The position numbers and the translations under genes were made by a program. Below the pieces are notes generated by a model. That model was not told the DNA's origin. It did not search any database and saw nothing but the letters and a program-made list of their open reading frames with translations. DNA of 64,000 nucleotides, taken from the NCBI GenBank assembly GCA_043228905.1, contig JBHGNT010000001.1:30256001-30320000 (forward strand), written 5' to 3'. The DNA is from Azolla caroliniana. Taxonomy: Eukaryota > Plantae > Polypodiophyta. The stretch's first letter is position 1. Each line of letters opens with the position of its first letter. Positions 46,785 to 60,828 of the stretch are shown here, piece by piece.

Positions 46785-49700
46785 GAAATCCTCATCATTT
46801 CCATTTACTTCAACACCCTTATAATTATATGATGAATGTGTTGCCTTCAAAAGGTTCCAAAACTCACATCATATCAACGATAACATTGTCTTAAGCTTGC
46901 CCTCCTCCCTCGCAACTAATATTGCAATACTTAAGCCGCATGCTATAAAAATACCCTTAAATTTAACCTTTGTTGGTTCCTTCAAAGCATCCAAAACATT
47001 GTCATGTTGACAATATGAACATCATCACTAACGTCTTAGCCTCATGTATATACCCTTTGATACTACTAAGGGACACCCTCCATTTCATCTCTCAATATCC
47101 TTGGTAAATTAATATAAGTAGCCATCCCTTTTGCATCATCATCGTTGACACCAACTTCAACATCATTGTTGTTAGATTTTATGGCAATAAAGCTTTTTTT
47201 GCTCCATTTTCACCATTTTCATTTTCGTCATCAATGCTATTAAAATCTAACAATGAAGGTTTTCATTCTATATTCACTTGATATATCATTACAAAGTCAT
47301 GCCATTTTTAAGCATTCCACAAAACTGCAAACGAAAATTTGAAGCTTTTCTTATAACTAAAATTGAACATTGCCTAGTTCCCCAAGTTACATGACATGAA
47401 TTCTCCCTAGTCATTTGTCGTCAACCTTGTGGATACATACTAGATCTACTTTCAATTGAAAATTGGATAATTTCCATCCCGACGTTGCACCACTAGTCTA
47501 ACATTGCCTTATTCTATCACTTTCTTTCTCTTAGCTTCTCTCTACATCTCCCTTTTTTAATGTCCTTTCACCTTGACAATTATTTTTCAAGATTTCATCT
47601 TAGTTTTTGTTTGCTTTTCTCTTGTATATCTCTCTCTCTCTTTTAATACCCAAATAAATATCTTCTTGATTTTAGCAAGTTGATTGACATTGGACTTCCA
47701 ATAGACATAAAATTTCCTCTATTTGTCATATGCCACTTAACTGCCTTACATTTTCCAATATCATGTTGTTTTTTACTCATTGTCGGATGTATCGTGTGAA
47801 CATTTTTTGAAAAAATTCCATTCAACACAATCTTTCCTCTTTTTATCATGTGATAACATAACAACCTTATGTCTCATATCGTCGTCATTATCACATCACC
47901 TTTTTTGGTTGCTCGGTTAAACTTTATCTTTAAGTTGTTGTTTGCCACATGTAGTTGATCCTTTACGAATGTATGCATGGATTTTGTCTTGATTTGATGT
48001 GCCTCAAATATTGTCCCAATATGACAAGTTTAAAGTACGTAATGTGCTACATTCCGCGTGCTTGTAAGATCCATAGTCCAAAACCAACTCTTAGTGATAT
48101 TTCCACTACTTGTAAGATCCACCATCCATGATTTACTCTTAATATAACCTTCCCACTCCATAATTTTACACCATTATTACACTTCCCTTGTTATTTCTCA
48201 ACATCTACTCTCGACGCATCTCTATTTGGTAGATCTTATTGCATTATAGGACATTGGTATTTAATCATGTTTTATAACAAAACAATTTCACAAACCTCTT
48301 GTACATATATGGACCATTTGATACATTAAATTCATGCTCAATATTGCTGAACATCGCGAAACTATTTACATTATGAATGAGTTCAATTTCAAGAGATAAA
48401 CGACATAGTCCTCATGTGCTTGACACAAATGTGATATCAACAACAACAAAATGAATCCACAAAGATCAAGCTTATAGAGTAAAATTGAGTCTAAAAGTGT
48501 CAAGTGAGTAGTATGTGGTCATGTTAAGATTGTAAAGCTATCCAATGCATGAATCATCATGTAATGACATGCAATGTATGGAAACGTTTGGGTTTTGTGC
48601 TTATAATCATCGTGAATAAAAAAAACAATCCAACATACTCATGGGGAAATGTTTATTCAAGAAGATTGTCAACAATGGGAATGATTCATGGATCAAATGA
48701 AAATGCTCAAGAAGCAACATTTATCTACATAATCTTTGTATTTTGCTTTTTTTGAGCCACTAACATTAAATATTTTAATCTAGGGTTCCAACCAATAATC
48801 ACTTGGATACATGGTTTATACTCCGAAGAATGCCTTTCTTATACCATCCTTTGTGGACCCATAAGTTTACATTGGCATTTGGTACAATTTCACCAACAAC
48901 TCGTTGTTGATCCAACTTTTACCACCCATTAACCTCCTTTATCTTGGTCCTTGTGGGAGCACTCCATGAGTCATCTAATGATAATTCCTTATCATTGAGA
49001 GTTTACATACACACTTCAACAAAGTAAGGGCCCTTACCACATGTAGAGCTCCATATATGTAAACTTGCACACTAGAGAATCTGGTGTTGATTTTCCATGT
49101 CAACCACTTAATATACATCCATCCAGAACTATGGCGCATCTTGCTCACATGGCACCCATGCATAAACATTGTCAATAGGTACAATCCACAAGGGCCAATA
49201 GAATATATTGTTCATGCATAAACACAATTGAACAATATATGTGCGATATTTATCGATCCTATCAAATCTTGAGAGCTACATGTTGTACCAATATTGTCAC
49301 CGTGACCCATCCTATTTAATTAGGACAACAGATTCTCTACTTTGTTATGCTCCTACAGATGTAACTCCATAACACCCATTCACAAAAACTGTATCATCAC
49401 AACAAGAAAAAATGTACCAAAACAATACACATGTTCATATTGCCATTGTTGATCTTTTTGTCCACATATGCATTACACGTGCATCAAATTTTGTGGGATG
49501 GTTATTGTTCACTATGTAAGTTGAATGAATAGAATATTGTGTGGGCCAATTGTTACATTATATTTCGTGCATTGCCGATATAATTTACATTGACATGCAT
49601 AATGCAGACCAAGTGTTGTTTAGTTGTTGTGCAATACGTACATGGTTAGATGGATTAATTCATGACATAATAATTGTATACTTCTATACCAAAATACAAT

Positions 49701-52700
49701 CATTGTATTCCTACACACCAATATGGTACATCAAATCATGTAAAATATTTCCCAAGACATTATTGTCTCCAGAAATATTCGTGATGAATTTGAAAACCTT
49801 ACACACTTTTGAATAATCACATCTTAGTCACTGGGAAACTTTTGATAAAAATAATGAAATTTATAGTCCAACTATTCCAAATGTGTTTTCAATATGAGAA
49901 TAAGCCAAATTAGATAATGGAACTAACAGAGGTAAAAAGTGTCGTTTTGTGCTCATTGGTTGAAGATAATTTTATTCTCAGCCGAAATCGATAGGTTACA
50001 CATGAATGATTGTGTAAGGTTTCCAATTTGTATGGAGAACTATTGATTAGCCATCACTGAATTGTATAATATACTTAGAGAAGAATTATCTATGTCAATA
50101 ACTTTTTTCTCTCAAACTCATTTCACTTTTTAAATAATTTTTCTTTATTTTATTTTAAATATGTTAGAGTATATGTTTTTTATAACAACTTATGTGATCA
50201 AAATGATCCTGTAAGTTGTTTACGCCTTTAAATCAACATATTTTTGTTGTTTAAGCCACAATTTCAAGCCGCATAAACCATCAAACTACGACAATTTCAA
50301 ACAGAATGAAACACCAACCCCCAACCCAAACTAAACTGCTTTCTGAGTTTGGAACCACCAACCAACTTGTTGTGATTTCACGGTTTGATTTTGGTTCAAA
50401 TTAAATTGTTACCAATTACTATTCATCACCAAGAGAATTAGAACTTACGCATTGGAACTTTGTAAAAAAAGTAGTGTAGCAAACATGGTGACTTTTCAAC
50501 ACATACAACCATAGTCACAAATTACAATCCTATTAGTTATTTGTCTACAAATTCATAAAGAAGATGTTTATGTAAATGTAACTTCAAGTAAACCCATGAG
50601 TTTGAGGGCATGTTTTCGGCATTGATAACCAATTTTGCAATTTGGCTTGAAACACAACATCTTTCGACAAGAGGACGATCTTTGTAAATAGTACGTGCGT
50701 GCTTAAATTGGATAGTTGTTTGTCTCACAATTGTTTCCATAAGCATTTAAAACTTTTTCCTACCTTTTGAAAAGAGAATACTTTATTCAAAAACAAAGAA
50801 AGAAGAGAATACTTTTTTGTTTTAGCGTTTAAAGCAAAAATCATGGACTATGCATTAAAACATATTTGCAATGGGAGGTTCCTTAATAGCTCTAAACCAC
50901 GATATCTTAGAATAGAATGTATTATGAATATATTGACCGTGCATTTTAAGTATCAACGATGGCACCTTTTTAAAGATATGAAAAACCTAGTGGTTCATTA
51001 ATGATGTTTGTTTGTTGTAAAAAACATACTGTATGACTTACAGTAACCACTTGACTTCTTTAATAGGACTTTACTTTTAGACCGCTCAATTAAAATCTTA
51101 GCAGGAAAATGCTCGGTGACTTTATTTATTGTACAAACATTCACGATGAGCAAATGAAATGATAGGAATATTTTATTCATATGTTGTCCAAGCATGCAAG
51201 ACAAAGTTTTACATGCTCTCATAAAATGGGATCGACCCAGATCCGCTTTTTCGCAATAATATTATATAAAGAGATGTGTTTCAAGATAATTTGATGAGAC
51301 CCTTTGGTTTGGATCGATCCTCATGAAGTGATGTTCAAACATTTCATTAAATAGTGATATTTGATTCGAATACATAAAGTGATATTTAGATTTTAATTGA
51401 CGATTTTTTTTAAAGGTCTTAGCATGTCATTTTAAAAGGGATAATTGGACCTTCCCTTAACTATAATATTTATACCCATCTTTATATCTTCATGTGACAT
51501 TTGAAAAAGAATGAAGTGGACTCAATTTTGATGATAAAAACAATCACCCCATACATTATGTAAAATTAGCCATGTTACTCTTTAATCCATATGAACCCCC
51601 CCCCCCCCCCCCAACCCACCCACCACTTGGCATCTTTTTTTAAGTCTTAATTTATTTAAAAACTTTATGATATCAAGATCCTCAAAGGGAATTCCACCAC
51701 ATTTCTAAACCTTTATTCGCTTTACACAAAGTACAATGTTTTCATTTGGTTGTAGTCTTATGTATGTCCCCAATAGTGCTCACTAAACATTCAATGTGCT
51801 TGTACTCGATTCTTGATAGGTATAGAAAAAGAAAAGGCGTGCCATAGACTATAACGTTTTTGGAGATAAGTATGCAATGTTTAATAATGTGGAAAGTTTG
51901 TTCACACTGCATTGACAAAAAAATCGTTACTTTTTAGTTTTTTCAACACCACAACGTTTCCCACGTGTTCCCTTACACCTTTCTTTACCTTTGTAGACTC
52001 CTTTCTTTTTGGGTGAAAACACATAATCATAATTGTAAATGTGTGTAAAAAGGCTACACTGGTGCCACAATTGATTTGTGTTACTCCTACATGGGCATAT
52101 ATCGTCAATCAATACTCTCCAAACAATGACCTTTGTGAAAAGTTGCAATTTAGAATGCCAACGACATATTTAAGATCTACCACTGTCCCAAGTGAATAGA
52201 GCAATCAAACATTGTATGAAACAATGAGTATTATCTTCCACTAGAACAATAATAATTGGTTGTTGCTAGTCCACCTTTCTTTAGATCTAATTTTAGAGGT
52301 AAACCCCCCAATTATTGCTCTCCAAATCAAGTCCTTGTTAGAATTTGCAATTTAGAATGCCAACTACGAAGATCTACCACTATCCATAATAAGAATTAGG
52401 TACCTTTCATTCTTGTTCAACTTTAGATTATAGCCATTTAAGAGTCTCAATGGAGCAACAATATAAGACATTACTAATCCCTTGTAAAAGGGCAATCTAA
52501 CCCCATAAATGCAAACAACCCACCGTTGCTCTTCAACTTGTATTGGTAAAGAGACTTGCATCAATGTTATATCATGTAGATGTTGCCAAATACACCCATA
52601 ATTAGGTGTGATGTGTAATAATAATCTCGCCTCAATGAACTCCAAAAAGCTTTGCAATCAAGCATTTAGTACATGCCCCATCCTATTGACCCCCCAAAAA

Positions 52701-52964
52701 AGAAAATGATCAAATTGAAAGTGTGACATGTCCTTTCCATGACAAAACAATAATATGAGCAACTCCTTCTCTAAGGAATAACAAGACTCTCTATTAGACG
52801 ATGGTGCATATACAAATAAAGAGAATGCTTCGTACCATGAGATTGGAATCAAGTTTTGAACACATGAAGAATGAGGAAGTTTAAGTGTAATAATTCCATT
52901 AAGTAACTACCACGATGATGCTTTAATCTTTGTCTAGCAATAATGAGATTCTATGAGCCTTCAT

Positions 52965-53024
52965 ATATGGTAGGGCTGCAACCCATGTGACACAAGGTCA
53001 TGGTTTCAAATCCTTTTGAAGCCA
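52965..53024 (+). mobile_element. tRNA-derived SINE-like head adjoining the chromovirus 3' LTR start
   Basis: atggtagggc...ggtcatggtttcaaatcc..gaagcca, with a B-box-like element and a CCA-like end. Confidence 0.4.
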
Positions 53025-54202
53025 TACCATACTATATCATGACACTAACCCCCCCCCCTTAAGACGACGAGTGTTACGAGTAGTCTTAGATTGAGGGCCT
53101 GGTTTGTCGGGATATTGTCGATGGAAGTCCTCAATAAGGGCTCGAGAATTTGCTACATTCTCGACTGGTTCCCAAATGCGCTTGCTTGGACTATAGCCTA
53201 GCCAATCGACCAAATAGTAGAGCTTGTTGCGAACAATCTTGGAATCGAGGATGGCAACAATTTCGTACTCCGGTCCTACTTCAATCTCGATCAGGGGTGG
53301 AGGTGGTGTAATATGATTCGGAATAGTGTTGTCTTGATAGGGTTCGAGGAGAAAACTATGAAAAACCGGATGTACCGTAGTTGCGGAGGTAGATCAAGAC
53401 GAAAAGTGACATCATTAATTTTTCCGATAATACGGAAAGGGCCTAATCATCGATAATCCAATTTATCTCATGGTCGAGTAGTCTTGATGTGTCGTTGTAA
53501 TCACCATACCCGATCTCCAATGTTAAATAGGATGGACGTCGATGATGATACGCATAATCCTTCCGTGTTTGTTGAGCTTGATGTAAATGTCTTGTGTAGC
53601 TGCTCCAAATGATCCTCTACACTTGGATTTGTGGGTAACTCCAGAGTTTCGAATACACACCACTGAGGATGATAACGTGTATAAGCATAAAATGGTGTAA
53701 CCCTAGTCAATGAGTGGATAGAGTTATTATAAGCAAATTCGCCAAAGTGGAGAATATCCACCCAATCATCCTATTGATAGGTTAGAAAACACCGAAGATA
53801 CTGTTCCAACGTTTGATTTGTTTGTTCTGCTTGTCCGTCTGTTTGAGGGTGATAGCCGGAGGAGAGGTTACAAGTGACCTTGAGCATTTTGAAGAGATGC
53901 TTTCAACATTTCGAGACAAATTGAGGACCACGGTCGCTGATGATACTATTTGGGAGGCCATGATGTCGAAATACCTCACACATGACAATTTCGGCAGTTT
54001 CTTCACTAGTGATTAGTACAAGGCAGGAAATGTACCATCTTAGTATATCGATCTACTATTGTTAAGATCGCATCAAATCCCTTTGAAACTAGAAGATCTA
54101 TGATAAAATCTAGAGAAATGGACTGCCACAACTTGATTGGAATTGGTAATGGTTCCAATAAACCATATGGATGATGTCTTGGCATCTTTGCTCTGCAACA
54201 TG

Positions 54203-54702
54203 TGTTATAGGAATGACCATATAATATCCTGTGGTGAGAATTTACCATAGTATTCTATACACGTGGATAAGTGTAAGGGTTAACTGAGAGTGTAAAGAAG
54301 GGGAGGATTACTTTTAATCCTCAGGATTGACACAACCCATTAGGCCAAGTGTGAACTTGCTTGGGAGCCTTGGGTATCGCTATAAATATGAGGCCTAGCT
54401 ACCCTCATTTCATCATCTTTTGACTATGTCGAGACTTTGACGTTGTGGTGGGTCAACTCTTGTAGTGAACGTGTCATCACCATGTACGACTTGACGCCAC
54501 GACGAGCATGTGCAAATTTTCGATTCGTGAATTGGAGTTTAGGAGCCCAAGATACAAGCTTTGGAAGGATTAATGTTAATCGGGACACAAATGTAATTAT
54601 GTCAAAAAGGGGAGTCAAAATTAAATGAGGGCTATTTCTATAATTTCTCAAATGTACAACTTCAAAATAGAATTTATAGAATCAATAAATAAAATAATAA
54701 TA

Positions 54703-54789
<87 letters not shown>

Positions 54790-55334
54790 AACTAAATAAA
54801 AATAAAAATAAATAAAAATAAATAAAAATAAATAAAAATAAATAAAAATAAATAAAAATAAATAAAAATAAATAAAAATAAATAAAAATAAATAAAAATA
54901 AATAAAAATAAATAAAAATAAATAAAAATAAATAAAAATAAATAAAAATAAATAAAAATAAATAAAAATAAATAAAAATAAATAAAAATAAAAATAAATA
55001 AAAATAAATAAATAAAAATAAATAAAAATAAATAAAAATAAATAAAAATAAATAAAAATAAATAAAAATAAATAAAAATAAATAAAAATAAATAAAAATA
55101 AATAAAAATAAATAAAAATAAATAAAAATAAATAAAAATAAATAAAAATAAATAAAAATAAATAAAAATAAATAAAAATAAATAAAAATAAATAAAAATA
55201 AATAAAAATAAATAAATAAAAATAAATAAAAATAAATAAATAAAAATAAATAAATAAAAATAAATAAAAATAAATAAAAATAAAAATAAAAATAAAAATA
55301 AAAATAAAAATAAAAATAAAAATAAAAATAAAAA

Positions 55335-55371
<37 letters not shown>

Positions 55372-56171
55372 AAATAAATAAATAAAAATAAATAAATAAA
55401 TAAAAATAAATAAAAATAAATAAAAATAAATAAAAATAAATAAAAATAAATAAAAATAAATAAAAATAAATAAAAATAAATAAAAATAAATAAAAATAAA
55501 TAAAAATAAATAAAAATAAATAAAAATAAATAAAAATAAATAAAAATAAATAAAAATAAATAAAAATAAATAAAAATAAATAAAAATAAATAAAAATAAA
55601 TAAAAATAAATAAAAATAAATAAAAATAAATAAATAAAAATAAATAAAAATAAATAAAAATAAATAAAAATAAATAAAAATAAATAAAAATAAATAAAAA
55701 TAAATAAAAATAAATAAAAATAAATAAAAATAAATAAAAATAAATAAAAATAAATAAAAATAAATAAATAAAAATAAATAAAAATAAATAAAAATAAATA
55801 AAAATAAATAAAAATAAATAAAAATAAATAAAAATAAATAAAAATAAATAAAAATAAATAAAAATAAATAAAAATACCAACCGCCTGCATGAGGTGGTTT
55901 GTCAACCGCCTCAAGAGGGTGGTAGGGCGGTGGACCACCCTATATAAGCCACACCAAGTGGTTGAAGGGAGAAGGAGGAGAAAGGGAAGAAGAAGAGGAT
56001 GGAAAAGCGAGTGAAGAAGCTCGCGTGGGTTTGGGATGCACAACTCACCAAAGAAGATGGTGGCCTGCATAAGGATGGTGGTCGGGTGGATCGACACCCT
56101 TCTTCTCTCTCTCCTTTCTTATATTATCTATATTTTATCCTGCATGCTTACGTTAGAGCATAACTCTAACA
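54203..56171 (+). mobile_element. Solo LTR (~1.97 kb) inserted in the chromovirus integrase zinc-finger, 5-bp TSD ACATG
   Basis: tgtta...taaca termini, with acatg at 54198-54202 and 56172-56176. Removing it restores TCGTCCRAK. Both ends match the LTR at 58918-59225. Confidence 0.9.
54684..55875. repeat. ~1.2-kb pure A/T satellite, mainly (AAATAAATAA)n with (AAAT)n and (AAAAAT)n patches
   Basis: Directly visible, and lies wholly inside the solo LTR. Confidence 0.98.
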
Positions 56172-58917
56172 ACATGTACCACATGTCCAAACATAGTCTT
56201 CGATAAATCGTCGCATATGAGGCCACCAAAATGATCGTTGTACTAAATCCAATGTTTTAGTAAGTACCAAAATGCCATGTTGTATATGTGTCATGAAAAT
56301 TTTGGACTACTCGAAGGCGACAAGAATCATTGGGAACATACAAGAGTTTCTTAAAGAATAGTAATCCATCATGACATTTGAATTGTTGATATTCCATACC
56401 TAATTGTTGCGACTGTGAACAGGATGCCCGACAGGGATCAATTAGCGTTAGAATGGCTTGAGCGAAAGCGTCTGTCTTCAACTCTTCACGTATGGTATCG
56501 ATAATGCGGGAATCCAATGGAGTGTCAAAAACCCACGTTGCTTGCAGTCGTGCTAGTCCCAAGATTACTTGCTTTTGATTATGGAATGCTGGATTACCGA
56601 GACAAGGTGCTAGATACAAGCGTCGTGATAATGCATCTGCCTTCCTTTGCTGCTTCCCAGGATTGTATGTAATTTTGAAGTTGAACAAGTGAGGAATTGG
56701 GCCCACTGAGCTTGTCGTCGATTTAATACACGAGCATTCTAGAAGTAGGCAAGATTTTTGTGATCAATGAATACAGTGACTTGATGAGAAGATCCCTCTA
56801 AAAAGTGTCTCCATTGTGCAAAAGAGTCCACCATTGATAATAACTCCTTGTCATGTATCTCATAACTTATTTCAGCGGCGTCAAACTTGCGCGAGTGGAA
56901 AGCCATAGGATGTAGTTTTTCATCATCGCCTTGTTGTGATAGAATGCTACCAAGGGCAAAATCCGACGTGTCTACCTCAATGATGAAAGGTTTTTTCGGA
57001 TCAATATGAGCTAGAATATGAGCTGATGTAAATGCTTTTTTAAGACTCACAAAAGTCGTGTCCGCTTCCTTAGACCAAACAAACGACCGCCCCTTCTTGG
57101 TGAGCTATGTGACATGCAAAATAAGCTTTGAGTAGTCCTGTATAAACTTGCGGTAGAAATTTGCGAAGCCTAAAAAACATTGCACATCTTGCAACGAACA
57201 TGGAGTTTGCCACTCTACCACAGTTTTGACCTTAGCTGGATCCATAGAGATGCTTTTTGAGGAGATGACATAGCCTAGAAATTCCACCTGGTTGCACCCA
57301 AAACTACATTTTTCAAGTTTTGCATAAAGACCATTTTTCTTGAAGTCGTTTTAGTACTAATAGTACATGAGAATCATGCTCTTCTTAAGTCTTCGAATAA
57401 ACTAGGAGATCATCCAAATAGATGATCAAACAGATATCCAAGACATCTCGAAATATATCATTTGCCATGTGCTGGAAGACTATTGGCGCATTGGTGCGAC
57501 CAAATGGCATAACCGTATACTCAAAGTGCCCATATCGGGTGCGAAAAGCGGTCTTCCATTCATCTTCCGGCCGGATCCGTACAAGGTTATATGCTCCTCG
57601 TAAGTCGATCTTTGTGAAGAATTTTGCACCATTAATCCGTTCTAAAAGACTCGAGATAAGGGGAAGTGCATACCTATTCCTGATGGTGACCTTATTCAAG
57701 CCATGGTAATCCACGATGAGACGAAGTGATCCATCCTTTTTCTTGTCAAAGAAATGGGTGCACCGGCTAGAGATTTCGAATGTCGAATGAACCCGTTTGC
57801 CAAATTCTCCTCTATGTAGGCTCGAAGGACTTCTAGCTCGGTTGGTGACAAGTTGTAGATCGGTCCCCATGGTGGCTCTTCTCTTGGTTGTAAATCAATG
57901 GAACAATCATACGGTCGATGGTGAGGAAGAGTACTGGCTTGTACCTTATCAAACATGTCGGCATAATGATGATACTTCTCTGGAAGTTGAACTATGGATT
58001 CCTCTTTAGTGGTGTTGGAAGGTTTTACTGATATTGCGAATACAAACATTGATTCCTTGCATCCTTCCTCACGCAATTGATGTAGCGAAATGGTTGAAAT
58101 TTGATGAGTAGATCCTCGGGTTTGTCGATACCGGATTTCTCTTGTTCTCCAATCTATGTCTAGGTTATGTAATTCGAACCATGGTAACCCCAAGACAATA
58201 GGATGCTCTGGACTACTAATTATATTAAATGATACTACACACACCAAAATTATCTAGGACAACCTGAATCGGCTCCGACTCTTCTACGATATTTCCGGAA
58301 GCAATGGGGTGACCATCAATGACTACTACAGATGTTGGGCAAGGAAGCTTTCTTAGGGATATCTAATGAGCTTGGGCAAATTTCTTAACCATGAAGCAAG
58401 AATTGGCTTCGGAATCTAAGAGTGCTAAGACATGTACTACAAGCCCTGGGGTACATTTAGTACTAACTGTTACTTGAGCTAAGAACACATTGCTAACTTG
58501 CTTAGAGGGAATGGAACCACTATTGGGTTGCACAGATCTAGGGTTGTCCAACCAAACGACTCCTATTTTGGCTGAAATTAGTCGTTTAACTCTTCTTCTA
58601 ACTGACTAAGGACTTCAAATTTGTTCGATAGACTTGGGCTATAAGTACTATTAGGATTATCAGACACTCTTACTAAAATAGAATCGGGTTTAGTACAAGC
58701 TACTATTTGATTTACAGTTTACTGCGATATGCCCCGATCCTTCGTAGTAAAGACATGATTGATTTGCTCGACGTCGTTTCTTTTCTTCTTCCGACAATGG
58801 TCCACAATGACGTGTGGTGTCGATTTCAATCGGTGTTGGAGTACTTGTCGGAGATGCATTATATGACTCCTTTACAAATGGTTTTGCTACGACCGGGGCG
58901 TATGTGGGCTCTGACCT

Positions 58918-60828
58918 TGTTACGGTACGGGCATGACCATATAATATCCCGTGGTGAGAATTTACCATAGTATTCTATACACGTGGATAAGTGTGAGGGT
59001 TAAACGAGAGTGTAAAGAAGGGGAGGATTACTTTTAATCCTCGGGATTGAGACAACCCATTAGGCCAAGTGTGAACTTGCTTGGCCGATCGAGGCTCGAG
59101 TCCATCTCGATCCCTTCGCTCGGGGGTGGTCGGGTGGATCGACACCCTTCTTTCTCTCTCTCCTTTCTTTCTATCTACCTAGATCTATCCTTATCTAATG
59201 CTTACTTTAGTACATGTCTCTAATATTTGGTATCAGAGCCTATGTACTAATGTTTCTTTTGTTGGTCTTATCTTCTCGATGGATGGCGATCGATCGTTGT
59301 GCGGTTGGCCTTCATGCAGACAAGGATCAACAAGGAACTTCGGTAATCTTTCTTGTTATATTTTGTCTATTTTTTCTTCTCCCATCTAATCATGTGTATG
59401 GTTAATATGTAGATTATTTTCATTAATTAAATGATGTTGTAGTGGTATTTAATTGGTTATCTAAAACGCTTACATATGTGCACGAGGTCAATACCTCGTT
59501 TGACATATAAATAATATGTGATGAGTGTCGTATGCGTACGAGGTTAATAACTCAATTACGTATTACGTTCACGAACATATGTTACGTTTGCATATGAGGT
59601 CAACACCTCGATTTTGTTGTAAATGATATGCGTTTGGTCTCGTATGCGTAAGAGGTCAATACCTCAATTGTGTATAATGTTGAACCCTTATTTTTGGATG
59701 TCTTGTGTGCGTAGAGGTATATGCCTTGATTACGTATCTCAATTACGTCATTTTTGGCTATTAAATATAACGATTTCTTTAATATAGGCATATGTGGTCA
59801 CATGTATACGTAGTTTATCATATATATGTGATAATATACATATGTGTATATAAGTTATTACGTGATTTTAAATCGAATGTTTTCCTTTTCGGGGAAAGGT
59901 TCTTGGTGGCCGTCCTCACATTTTTGTGAGAATTGTGTTGCCACCATCCCTTTTTTCAACAATTTTTTATTGTTGAAATCCCCGTTGGTGACTTCGATAT
60001 TTCGTTACGTAAAGAAACGCCAATAGCCATAATGATGTTGAGTACGTAGGGTTTGACCCACTTCATGTGAGGTCGCTCTTATGACACACGTATCCAACAT
60101 CCCTCCCTCATTACATGGATACGATGCCACCATGAGATCATTCTTATGAGAGGCATTCGTAATGACGTGACCATGTGATGGGCCACATGGGCCTACTACG
60201 AAAAGAGGGCTCATTTGGCTTGACCATTAGGTTGCACTTTGGCGTATGCTATCGTAATTACGAGACTTGAGGTTAGGTAACGTACCAACATAGTTGTAGT
60301 AAATGAGGGCGAAATAAGGACTCTTGACATATATGTTTCTTTTAAAAAAACATATATGGGCAAATGCCTCGCATATCTCTTATACGCATGAAACATTAAA
60401 CATTCAAGAAGATCAACTTACTTGGTTGGCTCAAATGTTTAATGCATTTGTTCTCGAGGTCTCGAGTTCAAATATGACCAAGACCATACAACATCGTTGA
60501 TACATATGACTATAACACATGTGTAGACTTGAGGTCTAAGTGTAGTTCGGGGTCCTCGTAATAGGACTTAAAGAGCCAAAACCACACATGTGCCCAACCA
60601 CACATGTGGGCACAGAAACATAGTTTATTGTTAACATTTTTTGTGTGTATAAACTATTCATGACGTGAACATACATGGTTGAGCCTTGGGGAGCCACCAT
60701 GAAAAAATCGATATAGAGATAAGGGAAAGACATTTATTTGTCACCCCCATGGTTTTTAAAACACCTTTGTGTTACCATAGTAACCTGATCTTGAACCTCA
60801 TCTCATACGTCTAGAGGGGAATTAACGT
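58918..60828 (+). mobile_element. Second element of the same LTR family: short 5' LTR (~308 bp), PBS, non-coding internal region; inserted in chromovirus gag
   Basis: tgttacgg..atgaccatataatatcc...gaacttgcttgg and ggtggtcgggtggatcgacacccttc match the solo LTR. Ends ctctaata (59225), followed by tggtatcagagcc (PBS complementary to initiator tRNA-Met). No gag ORF seen before 60828. Confidence 0.85.

Larger units (their letters stand above)
53027..58917 (-). mobile_element. Degenerate Ty3/gypsy chromovirus (Tcn1-like): gag C-terminus, PR, RT, RH, INT, chromodomain, PPT
   Basis: Gag knuckle RRRANQSCLYYEGSGHIAVNC; protease ALLDSEANSCF; [40 protein letters not shown]; RH EVDTSDFALG, YEIHDKELL; [28 protein letters not shown]; chromodomain EYEIVAILDSK..YYLVDWLGY....WEPVENV (~53100-53275); PPT aagggggggggg at 53049-53060, then LTR start tgtcatg at 53044. 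Many frameshifts. Confidence 0.93.

Noticed and set aside
46800-52900. Additional genes downstream of the UGT
   Set aside because: Only short ORFs without motifs or consistent splice structure. Probably old TE debris (faint LINE-like traces near 48.8-49.2 kb and 52.4-52.9 kb) that I cannot classify.
54682-56097. 471-aa and 362-aa F/I/Y/L-rich ORFs
   Set aside because: Stop-free reading of the (TTATTTATTT)n satellite, not a protein.
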